This document shows, in pieces, positions 20,418 through 30,168 of a DNA stretch of 64,000 bases. Where the stretch lies: contig JAISBU010000027.1 of the NCBI GenBank assembly GCA_031266015.1, positions 20,874 to 84,873 on the forward strand, read 5' to 3'. Made by a program: the position numbers and the translations under genes. The DNA is from Prevotellaceae bacterium. GTDB taxonomy: Bacteria > Bacteroidota > Bacteroidia > Bacteroidales > UBA932. Each line of letters begins with the position of its first letter. The stretch's first letter is position 1. The notes under the pieces were generated by a model. That model was not told the origin of the DNA, made no database searches, and saw nothing but the letters and a program-made list of their open reading frames with translations.

Positions 20418-21257
20418 ATGCGATTTCTTACGTTCATACTGCTGGCCGCCCTGCCACAACTTTTGGCGGCCCACCCCACGCTCAAGCAGCAGGAGGATAG
20501 CCTGAAGGTGGCCATACGGCGGGTGGCCGCCATGCAGGATACGGTCAAAAAGCTGGCGCTCAACCGGGCTTTTTCCGACCTCTTTGGGCAGAGCCTGGCG
20601 GCTGCCGGTGGCTTCGATTATCCCTTCGACTCCGTGCCGTACCTCTACAGGGCAGCTTCGGAGGATAAGCGGGTGCGGGTTATTACGTGGACCGTGCCGG
20701 TGAAGGGTGCGTACCGCTATTTTGGCTTTGTGCAAATGAGGGAGAACCGGAAAAGCCCCGTGCACCGCGTTGTTGCGCTCACCGATGTGCGAATCCCCAC
20801 GCCGCTGGCCGTACAAGAGGTGCTCGCTCCACGCGAGTGGTTTGGCGCCTTGTATACGGAGGTGGTAGAGAAGCGCCATGAGCAGAAAACCTACTATACG
20901 TTGCTCGGGCTATCGCTGAATGATGAGAGAACAACGAAAAAGGTGGTGGATGTGCTTTGCATTCAGGCGGATTCAGTGGTGTTTGGGGCGCCCATTTTCG
21001 AAAGAAAAAAGAAACCTGTACAGTACCGGATGATTTTTGAGTACAGCGCAAGGTCTGTAATGCAGCTCAAGTATAACAAAAAGTTGGAGGTAATCGCCTT
21101 CTCCGCGCTGGAGTCCTTATACCCGCAGCTGCGTGGGCAGTACGAATACTACGTGGCGGGAGATTCTTACGATGGGCTTAAGTTTGAGCAGGGAAAATGG
21201 AATTACGTGGAGAAGGTGAAGGTTCCATCGGATGTTAAAAGAAAAGTAAGGCGGTAA
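20418..21257 (+). CDS. hypothetical secreted protein
   Basis: 279 aa; signal peptide MRFLTFILLAALPQLLAA; no recognised domain. Confidence 0.72.
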   Translation: MRFLTFILLAALPQLLAAHPTLKQQEDSLKVAIRRVAAMQDTVKKLALNRAFSDLFGQSLAAAGGFDYPFDSVPYLYRAASEDKRVRVITWTVPVKGAYRYFGFVQMRENRKSPVHRVVALTDVRIPTPLAVQEVLAPREWFGALYTEVVEKRHEQKTYYTLLGLSLNDERTTKKVVDVLCIQADSVVFGAPIFERKKKPVQYRMIFEYSARSVMQLKYNKKLEVIAFSALESLYPQLRGQYEYYVAGDSYDGLKFEQGKWNYVEKVKVPSDVKRKVRR

Positions 21258-21282
21258 TACTCTATGGTAGCTTATTAGCCCT

Positions 21283-21413
21283 TTGTCATGCTGAGCAAAG
21301 CAAAGCATCTCAAGCTTGCGCCATGATGCCATTAACGCAGGATGACAACGCACATGTGCTGGTAAATCATCAATCGTCAATCATAAACGGCTCAGGATGA
21401 CATTACCCTCCCC
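21283..21413. repeat. REP-like unit: TTGTCATGCTGAGCAAAGCAAAGCATCTC ... GGATGACAACGCAC ... GGTAAATCATCAATCGTCAATCAT tail
   Basis: same modules at 56841-56946 and 4064-4136. Confidence 0.7.
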
Positions 21414-21422
21414 AGCTCACTA

Positions 21423-22175
21423 CTACATTAGCCCTCTTGCTTTTTTGGCCAGGTTGTTGGCAAATACAAACTCGTTCAGCTCCCTGTTGTCTGAGCTCAG
21501 GATGTCGTGCCGGGAGCCCTCCCACCACTTGCGCCCGTTGTGGATAAACATGACGTTGTCGCCGATTTCCATTACGGAGTTCATATCGTGCGTATTGATG
21601 ATGGTAGTAATGTTGTACTCTTCGGTAATTTCTTTGATAAGCGCGTCAATAAGTATGGAGGTTTTGGGATCCAGCCCTGAGTTGGGCTCATCGCAAAACA
21701 GGTACTTCGGGTTAAGAGCTATGGCACGCGCAATGGCTACACGCTTTTGCATGCCACCGCTAATTTCCGAAGGCATACACTTATTGGCATTTACCAGATT
21801 TACACGTTTGAGGCAAACATTGGCACGCGCCCGCTGCTCTTGACGAGTCATGCCGGTAAACATTTGCAGCGGAAACATGACGTTCTCCTCTACCGTTGCA
21901 AAGTCAAACAGGGCGCCCCCCTGAAATAGCATACCGATTTGTTGCCGGGCCAGACGCTTCTCTTTGGTGGAAAGCGCGTTGTACTCTACATCCCGAAACC
22001 AAACCTCGCCCGAATCAGCATCATATAGTCCAACCAAGCATTTGAGCAGCACGGTTTTACCCGATCCGCTTTGACCAATAATGAGGTTGGTTTTTCCCTC
22101 TTCAAATGTGGCGGAGATATCGTTGATGATAACTTTTCCGTTAAACGATTTTACTATGTGGCGCGCGGTTATCAA
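21423..22175 (-). CDS. ABC transporter ATP-binding protein, MlaF-like
   Basis: 250 aa; Walker A GQSGSGKT; signature SGGMQKR; follows an MlaE-like permease. Confidence 0.9.
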   Translation of the reverse strand: MITARHIVKSFNGKVIINDISATFEEGKTNLIIGQSGSGKTVLLKCLVGLYDADSGEVWFRDVEYNALSTKEKRLARQQIGMLFQGGALFDFATVEENVMFPLQMFTGMTRQEQRARANVCLKRVNLVNANKCMPSEISGGMQKRVAIARAIALNPKYLFCDEPNSGLDPKTSILIDALIKEITEEYNITTIINTHDMNSVMEIGDNVMFIHNGRKWWEGSRHDILSSDNRELNEFVFANNLAKKARGLM

Positions 22176-22197
22176 TTGGGCGAACAGGTTTACGGGC

Positions 22198-22929
22198 TTA
22201 CAGGAGCAGCTCTGTCAGCACAAGGTTAAATACCAGAATAGAAATGCTGCTCATCACCACAGCTCGTGTGCTGTTCTTACCTACCTCCAAGGAACCTCGC
22301 TTCACATTGTAGCCCCAGTAGGCCGATACGGAGGTTATGATGAATGCAAAAACCATGGATTTTATAATGGAGTAGGCTACGTAGTAGGGCATAAAATTCA
22401 TTTGTATACCCTCAATAAAGTTGTTGCCGCCGATGAAATCGGTAACCAGTATGCCTACGTATCCGCCAAAAATACCCAGCGTAATGCTGAATATGGTAAT
22501 GAACGGGACAAGTAAGACAAGCCCTATGATTTTTGGTAAAATGAGGTAGCTGGCAGCGTTTACTCCCATGAGCTCCAGCGCGTCAATTTGCTCGCTTATG
22601 CGCATGCTTCCGATTTGAGAGGCGATACTTGAGCCGACTTTTCCTGCCAGAATCAGCGCTATCATGGTAGAGCAAAACTCCAGGATGAGCGATTCCCGGG
22701 TGGCAAACCCTACCACGTATGCCGGCAGTCCGGCTAAGTTCAGCGCGGTTTGGATGGCAATTACAGCGCCTACGAAAAATGATACAATGGCAACGATGGG
22801 TGTAGACATTATACCCAAGCTGTACATCTCGTTCACCACCTGCCTGCGGAAGATCTTCCATTTTTGCGGCAACGAAAATACTCGCCAAAGCAGCATAATA
22901 TACTGGCCTATGCTGGCAAAAAACTTCAT
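22198..22929 (-). CDS. MlaE-family ABC transporter permease
   Basis: 243 aa polytopic protein; ..QIDALELMG.. motif typical of MlaE. Confidence 0.88.
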   Translation of the reverse strand: MKFFASIGQYIMLLWRVFSLPQKWKIFRRQVVNEMYSLGIMSTPIVAIVSFFVGAVIAIQTALNLAGLPAYVVGFATRESLILEFCSTMIALILAGKVGSSIASQIGSMRISEQIDALELMGVNAASYLILPKIIGLVLLVPFITIFSITLGIFGGYVGILVTDFIGGNNFIEGIQMNFMPYYVAYSIIKSMVFAFIITSVSAYWGYNVKRGSLEVGKNSTRAVVMSSISILVFNLVLTELLL

Positions 22930-22951
22930 TCGGAATTAAGCTAATGAGCAA

Positions 22952-22959
22952 CAAAGATA
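22952..22959 (-). promoter_or_regulatory. -7 box TATCTTTG (minus strand) upstream of the mlaE-like gene
   Basis: CAAAGATA on the plus strand, 23 nt upstream of the ATG at 22929. Confidence 0.45.
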
Positions 22960-22980
22960 CGATTTTTGCGCCAAATACCC

Positions 22981-22988
22981 TATATTTG
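22981..22988 (+). promoter_or_regulatory. -7 box TATATTTG upstream of ubiX
   Basis: TAnnTTTG, 67 nt upstream of the ATG at 23055. Confidence 0.4.
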
Positions 22989-23054
22989 CTGAGCCGTTGA
23001 GTTGCTGAGCTGTTGAACAAATGTCATCCGGAGTGAAGTATTAGTCAAAAATCA

Positions 23055-23618
23055 ATGAAAATAGTTGTAGCCATAACAGGCGCCAGCGGCGCCATTTACG
23101 CCAAGCGTGTGCTGGAAAAGTTGAGCGTAGTAAAAGAGCAGGTTGAAGAGCTGGCGGTGGTTTTTTCCGATAGCGGCAAGGAGGTTTTTTTGCACGAGCT
23201 GGGTGAAGCTGAGCTGAAAAAAATTCAACAGCTACCGCTGAAAATTTATGCTAACGGCAGCTTCTTTGCGCCATTTGCTTCAGGCTCATCGGGCTATGAT
23301 GCGCTAATGGTAGCGCCATGCTCTATGGGTACGCTTGCCCGCATTGCGCACGGCGCCGCCGATAACCTCATTTGCCGTGCGGCCGATGTAATGCTGAAGG
23401 AGCGCCGCAAGCTGATTTTGCTTGCCCGTGAAGCTCCCTACAGCTTGATTCACCTGCGCAACATGTCCACCATAGCTGAGGCGGGAGGTGTTATTTGTCC
23501 CGCAAGTCCGTCATTTTACAGCAAGCCGCAAAGTATAGTTGAGCTGGTGGATACGGTAGTAGATAGAGCCTTGTCTCTGGCCGGAGTTGAGGTTGGCGGA
23601 TACAGGTGGGACGGCTGA
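23055..23618 (+). CDS. ubiX: UbiX-family flavin prenyltransferase
   Basis: 187 aa; MKIVVAITGASGAIYA...PCSMGTLA.. typical of UbiX. Confidence 0.92.
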   Translation: MKIVVAITGASGAIYAKRVLEKLSVVKEQVEELAVVFSDSGKEVFLHELGEAELKKIQQLPLKIYANGSFFAPFASGSSGYDALMVAPCSMGTLARIAHGAADNLICRAADVMLKERRKLILLAREAPYSLIHLRNMSTIAEAGGVICPASPSFYSKPQSIVELVDTVVDRALSLAGVEVGGYRWDG

Positions 23619-23672
23619 CAGCGCACCCTCCAATCATTTACTATTTACAATGTACCGGTGCGTGCGCATTGC
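23617..23672. repeat. tail-type repeat module (reverse orientation)
   Basis: gcgcaccctccaatcatttactatttacaatgtaccggtgcgtgcgc. Confidence 0.55.
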
Positions 23673-23822
23673 ACTATACTGTTGATTATTAGATGTTTCC
23701 CCTTAACATAATAGCATTATGCTTACGGGCATTGTTCAGCTTAAGCAATGGACATTGTTCAGCCTAAGCAATGGGCATTGCTTAGCTTAGCTACAAAAAG
23801 CGCACGCTATTGCGGGCGAACC

Positions 23823-24650
23823 CTATTGTGCGGGCGCCTTAAAATTCAGACGGGCATACAGCGATGCGTCCAACCCGGAAAAGTACGCCCACTCGCGGTC
23901 TCCGTACATGAAATGCCAGTACTCGGCAAAAAACGGCATGAAGCCTGCCTCGGTCATCACCTGATACAGGAGCATCCGGTTGGACGTCTGCTCGGTGGTG
24001 ATACCATCGCCAAAGGTCTTGATGAGCGTACTCGCAGCGGTAAAGTCGTCGAGACCGGCGCCCATATCCAAAGGTTGATTACCATGCCCGATGGTAACGT
24101 CCACACAACCGCCCGTGATGTGTCCGGCGACTTTTGGGTCGGCCGCATGGTGGTCGGCTTCGTCCTCAATCCGGTCTTGCGACCAGTCGGGGTGCTCTTG
24201 CCTGACGTTAGCTATGGCGGTGTTCCAGTATTTCTCCTGCACGGCAGGCGCCCGGTAGCCGTAACCGACGATAAGGTTGAGATCCGCGAGCCGGAGCCTT
24301 GCGTTGGCGTCTGCCAGCATTCGGGCCACCTCTTCGCGCACATAGATGTCGTCTCCGGTGATGTCCTTCATGTCGGGCAGGGCTGGCTGCATCACGATGG
24401 CGGGGTCGTAGCTGTCGGCTTTCACCATGGGCTCGCCATTATCGGCCTCGGCAACGCTGAGCCGTTGGGCGCGTGTTGCTACGGTGCGCCGCAACATATT
24501 TGCCTCCTGCACGGCAGTGGGCGTGCCGGGCGCAGGCTGCAGGCAGCAGCGTTTGTCCCGGACGTGGTGGTCATTATGCTTTTGGCAGCCGCCAACCAAT
24601 AGCAGCAAGCAGCAGCAGGCGCTCCATTTAATGATAAGATTTTTCTTCAT
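23823..24650 (-). CDS. lipoprotein, M15-family D-alanyl-D-alanine dipeptidase-like (VanX/DdpX type)
   Basis: 275 aa; lipobox VGGC; ..GHITGGCVDVTI.. and ..EYWHF.. metal/catalytic motifs. Confidence 0.82.
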   Translation of the reverse strand: MKKNLIIKWSACCCLLLLVGGCQKHNDHHVRDKRCCLQPAPGTPTAVQEANMLRRTVATRAQRLSVAEADNGEPMVKADSYDPAIVMQPALPDMKDITGDDIYVREEVARMLADANARLRLADLNLIVGYGYRAPAVQEKYWNTAIANVRQEHPDWSQDRIEDEADHHAADPKVAGHITGGCVDVTIGHGNQPLDMGAGLDDFTAASTLIKTFGDGITTEQTSNRMLLYQVMTEAGFMPFFAEYWHFMYGDREWAYFSGLDASLYARLNFKAPAQ

Positions 24651-24656
24651 AATTGT

Positions 24657-25835
24657 TTATTGTCTTTTTTCATTCCACAGCGTTTTTGCAATTCCCATTT
24701 CCAACCCTCTTAGCTCTGCAAGCCCCCTCAGGCGGCCAATGGCAGAATATCCGGGGTTGGTTTTCTTTTTCAAATCATCCAACATTTGGTGCCCGTGGTC
24801 GGGACGTACGGGAATGGAGCGTTTTTCGGCCTGCATAAGCTCCAGCAGGTTGCGCATTACGCTGTACATATCACCTTCCAGGTGGTTGGCCTCATAGAAA
24901 TTGCCTTCGGCATCGCGCTGCGTGCTGCGCAGGTGTACAAAGTTTATCCTGCTGCCAAGCCGCTGCACCATTTCGGGCAGCTTGTTTGTGGCAATTACAC
25001 CAAAGGAACCGGTGCACAGGCACAATCCGTTCGATTGGCTGGGAACGGCTTCTACCAACTTGCGAAAATCCTCCTCTGTACTTAAAATGCGCGGTAGCCC
25101 TAAGATAGGATAGGGGGGATCGTCGGCATGAATAGCCAATTTAATTTTTGCCTCATCGGCCGCCGGGGTAATTTCTTTCAAGAAGTAAATCAGGTTGGCA
25201 CGCAGCTTATCCGCATCAATATCCTTGTAACGATCAAGCGCCTGCTGCATTTGCCCTACCGTGAAGCTCTCCTCTGCTCCCGGAAGTCCTGCGATAATGT
25301 TGCGTGTAAGCAGCGTTTTTTCATCATCACTCATGCTGTTGAAGCGGGTCTTTGCCTTTGCTTTATCCCCGGCAGAATATTCTGCCTCTGCGCCTTTTCT
25401 TTTCAAAATAAAAAGGTCAAAGGCCATAAAGGCGGCACGCTCAAAGCGCAATGCTTTTGACCCGTCCGGCAAGGTGTAGGCAAGGTCGGTACGCGTCCAG
25501 TCCAGCACAGGCATAAAGTTGTAGGTTACTACTTTTATGCCGCATTTTCCTAAGTTGCGCAGACTTTGCTTGTACGCTTCAATATACTTTTGGAAGTTGC
25601 CTGTTTGTGTTTTTATGTGCTCATGCACAGGTACGCTTTCTACAATGGTCCACGTGAGCCCGGCTGCTTCCACCCCGGCCTTGCGCTTCATTATTTCCTC
25701 CACCGTCCAGACTTCACCGTTGGCAATGTGGTGCAAAGCGGTAACCACTCCGGTGGCTCCGGCCTGTCTTATGTCCCAAAGTGATACGGGATCGTTTGGC
25801 CCGTACCATCTCCAGGTTTCTTCGAGTAAGTACAT
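24657..25835 (-). CDS. uxuA: mannonate dehydratase
   Basis: 392 aa; N-terminus ..[33 protein letters not shown].. characteristic. Confidence 0.95.
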   Translation of the reverse strand: MYLLEETWRWYGPNDPVSLWDIRQAGATGVVTALHHIANGEVWTVEEIMKRKAGVEAAGLTWTIVESVPVHEHIKTQTGNFQKYIEAYKQSLRNLGKCGIKVVTYNFMPVLDWTRTDLAYTLPDGSKALRFERAAFMAFDLFILKRKGAEAEYSAGDKAKAKTRFNSMSDDEKTLLTRNIIAGLPGAEESFTVGQMQQALDRYKDIDADKLRANLIYFLKEITPAADEAKIKLAIHADDPPYPILGLPRILSTEEDFRKLVEAVPSQSNGLCLCTGSFGVIATNKLPEMVQRLGSRINFVHLRSTQRDAEGNFYEANHLEGDMYSVMRNLLELMQAEKRSIPVRPDHGHQMLDDLKKKTNPGYSAIGRLRGLAELRGLEMGIAKTLWNEKRQ

Positions 25836-25927
25836 TTTCTGAAAATTTTAGAAGAATGAAAGAATAAAGTAGCGGTAGACAACTTGCAATAGCGCACGCT
25901 TGTTACACGTTGCCTGCTGCCAACCGG

Positions 25928-26743
25928 CTAAATGGTCATTGCATCAAAACCGCCATCTACTATAAGCATAGATCCGGTAACAAACTTGGAGGCATCGGAG
26001 GCCAGGTATAGCACAGCGCCCAACAGCTCTTCCGGTCGACCAAGGCGTTTGAATGGAGTTTTTGCCATTACTTTTTGTGCCCGGTCAGAGAAGCTGCCGT
26101 CGGGGTTAACCATTAGATTACGGTTTTGCTCTGTCAGCAAAAATCCCGGTGCAATGGAGTTTACACGAACTCCTTCGCCATGCTTGGTTGCCAGCTCCAC
26201 GGCCATCCACTGCGTGTGATTTTGCACGGCGGCTTTTGCTGCCGAATAGCCTCCAACTCTTGTAAGCGGACGAATGGAGGAGAGCGATGCCAGGTTGATA
26301 ATGCTTCCCTTGCCTTGCTTTACCATAGCTTCGGCAAAAACCAGCGTAGGAATAATGGTGCCGAAAAGGTTTACGTCAACTACCTTACGGAGGTCGTCGA
26401 CGCTAACGTCGAACACCGATTGTGTTGGGCCAACGTTGGCTCCGGCTATGTTACCGCCGGCTCCGTTTATCAAAATATCAATATGCCCCCACTTGTTGAG
26501 TACTTCGGTGCGAATTTCCTCCAGCGCACCCTTGTCGGTTACATCGCACAGGAATGCGGCTGCCTCTCCGCCTGCCTTTACAATTTTGTCAACCAGCCTG
26601 TTTGCTGCCTCGGCACGACGGCCAAGCACGGCAATTTTTACGCCTTCTGCGGCTAAAAATTCAGCCATAGCGCTGCATAAAATACCTGTAGCTCCGGTGA
26701 TAACGGCTACCTTTCCTTGAACGTCAAATAGGGTTGTTTTCAT
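25928..26743 (-). CDS. short-chain dehydrogenase/reductase, probably the SDR-type D-mannonate oxidoreductase partner of uxuA
   Basis: start at MKTTLFDVQGKVAVITGATGILC (26743); YSAAK catalytic motif; adjacent to uxuA; the longest ORF extends to 26836. Confidence 0.86.
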   Translation of the reverse strand: MKTTLFDVQGKVAVITGATGILCSAMAEFLAAEGVKIAVLGRRAEAANRLVDKIVKAGGEAAAFLCDVTDKGALEEIRTEVLNKWGHIDILINGAGGNIAGANVGPTQSVFDVSVDDLRKVVDVNLFGTIIPTLVFAEAMVKQGKGSIINLASLSSIRPLTRVGGYSAAKAAVQNHTQWMAVELATKHGEGVRVNSIAPGFLLTEQNRNLMVNPDGSFSDRAQKVMAKTPFKRLGRPEELLGAVLYLASDASKFVTGSMLIVDGGFDAMTI

Positions 26744-26762
26744 TTGTTGGGAGTTTATGTTT

Positions 26763-26819
26763 GGAACAAGGGGAACAAGGAACAAGGATAAAAAGAACAA
26801 TTCAGCAAATCCTTGTTCT
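26763..26819. repeat. three tandem GGAACAAGG copies plus one inverted copy in the pyrF-SDR spacer
   Basis: ggaacaagg at 26763, 26772 and 26779; atccttgttc at 26809-26818. Confidence 0.8.
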
Positions 26820-27647
26820 TTATATCTTTGTTCCAATTAAATATTTTGCCATTTGCTGCTGTAATTCTTTGGCTTTTTCACCGGCGACTTGTGCAAATTT
26901 TTCGCTTTTATCGGCAAAAATAATACTACGTGATGAGCTTACGAGTAGCCCGCACTGGCTATTCATTCCATGCTTTGCAACCTCATCAAGACTACCGCCC
27001 TGTTCGCCTACACCGGGTATAAGTAAGAAGTGGTTGGGTACTATTTTGCGAATACTGCTTAGCATTTCAGCCTGGGTTGCGCCTACTACATACATTAAGT
27101 TGTCTGTGCTGCCCCATGCCTGCGATGTTTGTAAAACTATCTCGTACAGATAGTTACCCTCTTTGTTTGTGGTCAACTCAAAGTCAGCGGCGGATGGATT
27201 TGAGGTCAACGCCAATAGTATTGTCCAGTGACCTTTATACTCCAAAAATGGCTGAACCGTATCACGCCCCATGTAGGGCGATAGCGTAACAGCATCAACG
27301 TTCATTTTCTTGAAAAAGGCCTCTGCGTATAGCTTTGAGGTGTTGCCAATGTCTCCGCGTTTGGCATCGGCAATAATGAAAATTTCGGAGTATCGTTGAC
27401 GAATATACCGAACAGTATGCTCCAACTGTTGCCAACCTTCTATTCCATAGGCTTCGTAAAATGCCAGATTGAACTTATACGCTACGGTATAGTCTGCGGT
27501 GACATCTATGATGGCCTTATTGAAGGCAAAAATGGGAAGCTCCTCTTTGAACAGGTGCTTGGGAAGCTTGCTCCTATCGGAATCTAAACCCACGCAAAGA
27601 AACGATTGCTTGCGTATAATTTGCCCGTATAGCTGCTGTGCCGTCAT
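26820..27647 (-). CDS. pyrF: orotidine-5'-phosphate decarboxylase (long type 2)
   Basis: 275 aa; ..FLCVGLDSD.. and ..[13 protein letters not shown].. motifs. Confidence 0.93.
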   Translation of the reverse strand: MTAQQLYGQIIRKQSFLCVGLDSDRSKLPKHLFKEELPIFAFNKAIIDVTADYTVAYKFNLAFYEAYGIEGWQQLEHTVRYIRQRYSEIFIIADAKRGDIGNTSKLYAEAFFKKMNVDAVTLSPYMGRDTVQPFLEYKGHWTILLALTSNPSAADFELTTNKEGNYLYEIVLQTSQAWGSTDNLMYVVGATQAEMLSSIRKIVPNHFLLIPGVGEQGGSLDEVAKHGMNSQCGLLVSSSRSIIFADKSEKFAQVAGEKAKELQQQMAKYLIGTKI

Positions 27648-27661
27648 TTGCGCTTGTATTT

Positions 27662-28747
27662 TTACAATTCGCTTTCCTTCAATCTTTCTGCGTTTTCGGC
27701 CATTTGCAGGTGGTCAATTACCTCCTGAATGTCGCCATCCATAAAGGCCGACAGGTTATAAATGGTGTAGCCGATACGGTGGTCGGTCATGCGGCTTTGC
27801 GGATAGTTGTAGGTGCGAATTTTTGCCGAGCGGTCGCCGGTAGAAACCATGGTTTTGCGCTTGCCGGCAATCTCGTCCATATACTTTTGGTACTCAATGT
27901 TATAGATACGAGTACGCAGCTCCTCCATAGCCCGGGCCTTGTTTTTCAGCTGCGATTTTTCTTCCTGACATTGCACCACAATACCTGTTGGAATGTGCAC
28001 TACACGTACTGCAGAATAGGTTGTATTTACCGATTGCCCACCGTTACCCGATGACATGAAGGTATCTACACGAACGTCGCTATCCTTGATTTCTACATCA
28101 AATTCATCGGCTTCGGGCAGTACGGCAACCGAAGCGGCAGAGGTGTGTACGCGGCCCTGCGTTTCGGTTTGCGGCACACGCTGCACACGGTGTACGCCGC
28201 TCTCATACTTTAGCGTTCCGTAAACTTTATCGCCGCTTACTTTGCATACAATTTCCTTGTAACCTCCGACTGTACCTTCAGAAAATGAGGTAACCTCCAT
28301 CTTCCATCCCTTGTTTTCAATGTACTTGCTGTACATGCGGAAAAGGTCTCCGGCAAATATGGAAGCCTCGTCTCCTCCGGTTCCGGCACGGATTTCCAGC
28401 ACGGCGTTTTTGCTGTCCTGCGGATCAGCGGGAACAAGCAGCAGCTTAATTTCCTCCTCCAACTTTGGCTGTTTTTCCTCCAACGTGGCCAGCTCCTCAC
28501 GCGCCATTTCCCGCAAATCCTGATCTTTTTCGTTGGCCAAAATGTTACGGGCATCGACAATGTTGCTAAGCATGTTGCGGTATTCGTCACAGGCCTGCAC
28601 AATGGGCTCCAGCTCGCGGTATTCCTTATTGAGCTGAACAAATTTTTTCATGTCTGCAATAATTGCAGGGTCAGTAAGCTGCTGTCCGAGTTCTTCGAAC
28701 TTGTTTTTTAAGCCGTTCAGCCTGCCTAGTATGGTGTTTTCTGCCAT
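27662..28747 (-). CDS. prfA: peptide chain release factor 1
   Basis: start at [10 protein letters not shown] (28747); GGQ motif ([11 protein letters not shown]); PxT-type RF1 sequence; no frameshift site. Confidence 0.95.
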   Translation of the reverse strand: MAENTILGRLNGLKNKFEELGQQLTDPAIIADMKKFVQLNKEYRELEPIVQACDEYRNMLSNIVDARNILANEKDQDLREMAREELATLEEKQPKLEEEIKLLLVPADPQDSKNAVLEIRAGTGGDEASIFAGDLFRMYSKYIENKGWKMEVTSFSEGTVGGYKEIVCKVSGDKVYGTLKYESGVHRVQRVPQTETQGRVHTSAASVAVLPEADEFDVEIKDSDVRVDTFMSSGNGGQSVNTTYSAVRVVHIPTGIVVQCQEEKSQLKNKARAMEELRTRIYNIEYQKYMDEIAGKRKTMVSTGDRSAKIRTYNYPQSRMTDHRIGYTIYNLSAFMDGDIQEVIDHLQMAENAERLKESEL

Positions 28748-28905
28748 TTTGTGTTGGGTGCAACTTTTTAGGTTATGGTTAAATCTTCGTTTTTTCAGAT
28801 CTAAAAATCCAAATGCAAAGATGTGGGTGTTTTTGCCCACATGCAAGGGTTCGGCACAAAGTTTTGTTAAGGTTCACAAGATAATGTAAGAGAATTGATA
28901 ACTTT

Positions 28906-28976
28906 CGCCTTTCCCGAACGGGAATGGATGGCTCAGACTCGGGGATGAATGACTTATTTTAGGGAATGAATGACGG
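28906..28976. repeat. degenerate GTCATTC-type repeat modules (reverse orientation)
   Basis: reverse complement reads ccgtcattcattccc...agtcattcatcccc...ccattcccgttcgggaaagg. Confidence 0.4.
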
Positions 28977-29002
28977 CTGAGGTGGTGTTTTTTTGCTGCC
29001 AT

Positions 29003-30166
29003 TTAATACTCGAAAACTCCCTTTTCGCTTTTTATTGTCAAGCGCTTTGTGCCGGATTTTTCTACTCGTCCTACAATTTGCGCGTCTACGTTGAACGATT
29101 TTGCAATTGTAATAATCCTGTCTGCATGTTGTGGCGCTATATAAAGCTCCATTCTGTGCCCCATGTTGAAGACTTTGTACATTTCCTTCCAGGCTGTATT
29201 CGATTCTTTTTGAATCAGCTCAAAGAGCGGCGGTACCGGAAATAAGCTGTCTTTAACCACGTGAATGTTGTCTACAAAATGCAGCACTTTTGTTTGTGCG
29301 CCGCCGGAGCAGTGCACCATGCCGTGAATTTCCGGGCGCATTTCTTTCAAAACATTTACTACTATTGGTGCGTAAGTTCTGGTGGGCGATAGTACCAGCT
29401 TTCCTGCATCTAATGGTGTATTGGTTTTATCCGTTAGCTTGCAGGCGCCGCTGTATACCAGCGAGGCGTCAATTTCTGTGTCGTAAGTTTCGGGATATTT
29501 TTCAGCCATGTACTTTGTAAAAACATCATGACGTGCGGAGGTTAACCCGTTGCTCCCCATGCCGCCGTTGTATCCTTTTTCATACGAGGCTTGTCCGTAG
29601 CTGGCTAAACCTACTATTACATCTCCTGTAGCAATATTTGCATTATTCACCACATCGCTTCTTTTCATGCGGGCAATAACCGTGCTGTCTACAATAACCG
29701 TACGAACAAGGTCGCCGACATCTGCGGTTTCCCCTCCGGCGAGCTGAATGTTTACGCCTAAGCTGCGCAACTCCGCACATAAACTTTCGGTACCTTCAAC
29801 GATGGCCTTTACTACCTCGCCCGGTATTAGCCTTTTGTTGCGGCCAATGGTTGACGAAAGAAGAATATTATCCGTGGCGCCTACGCATAGCAAATCATCA
29901 AGATTCATTACAATGGCGTCTTGCGCAATGCCGCGCCATACGCTCAGGTCGCTTGTTTCTCGCCAGTAAGCGTAGGCTAACGATGATTTTGTCCCGGCTC
30001 CGTCGGCGTGCATAACCACGCAGTATTGCTCATCGCCGCTGAGGTAGTCGGGAATTATTTTGCAAAATGCTTTTGGAAATAATCCTTTGTCCAGGTTTTT
30101 TATGGCGTTGTGCACATCTTCCTTGGCCGCGGAAACTCCTCGCTGTGTATAGCGTTCGTTGCTCAT
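29003..30166 (-). CDS. purM: phosphoribosylformylglycinamidine cyclo-ligase (AIR synthase), long Bacteroidota form
   Basis: 387 aa; AIR-synthase N and C domains (..HADGAGTK.., ..HCSGGAQTK..). Confidence 0.88.
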   Translation of the reverse strand: MSNERYTQRGVSAAKEDVHNAIKNLDKGLFPKAFCKIIPDYLSGDEQYCVVMHADGAGTKSSLAYAYWRETSDLSVWRGIAQDAIVMNLDDLLCVGATDNILLSSTIGRNKRLIPGEVVKAIVEGTESLCAELRSLGVNIQLAGGETADVGDLVRTVIVDSTVIARMKRSDVVNNANIATGDVIVGLASYGQASYEKGYNGGMGSNGLTSARHDVFTKYMAEKYPETYDTEIDASLVYSGACKLTDKTNTPLDAGKLVLSPTRTYAPIVVNVLKEMRPEIHGMVHCSGGAQTKVLHFVDNIHVVKDSLFPVPPLFELIQKESNTAWKEMYKVFNMGHRMELYIAPQHADRIITIAKSFNVDAQIVGRVEKSGTKRLTIKSEKGVFEY

Positions 30167-30168
30167 GC

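Noticed and set aside
23748-24602. 284-aa plus-strand ORF
   Set aside because: It is fully antisense to the M15 dipeptidase-like gene, which has clear catalytic motifs and a lipobox. The translation is Gly/Arg/His/Val-rich junk, typical of a GC-rich antisense frame.
27662-28846. Programmed +1 frameshift of a release factor
   Set aside because: The protein is RF1 (prfA), read in a single uninterrupted frame. The extra 33 N-terminal codons of the longest ORF are just upstream read-through before the real ATG at 28747.
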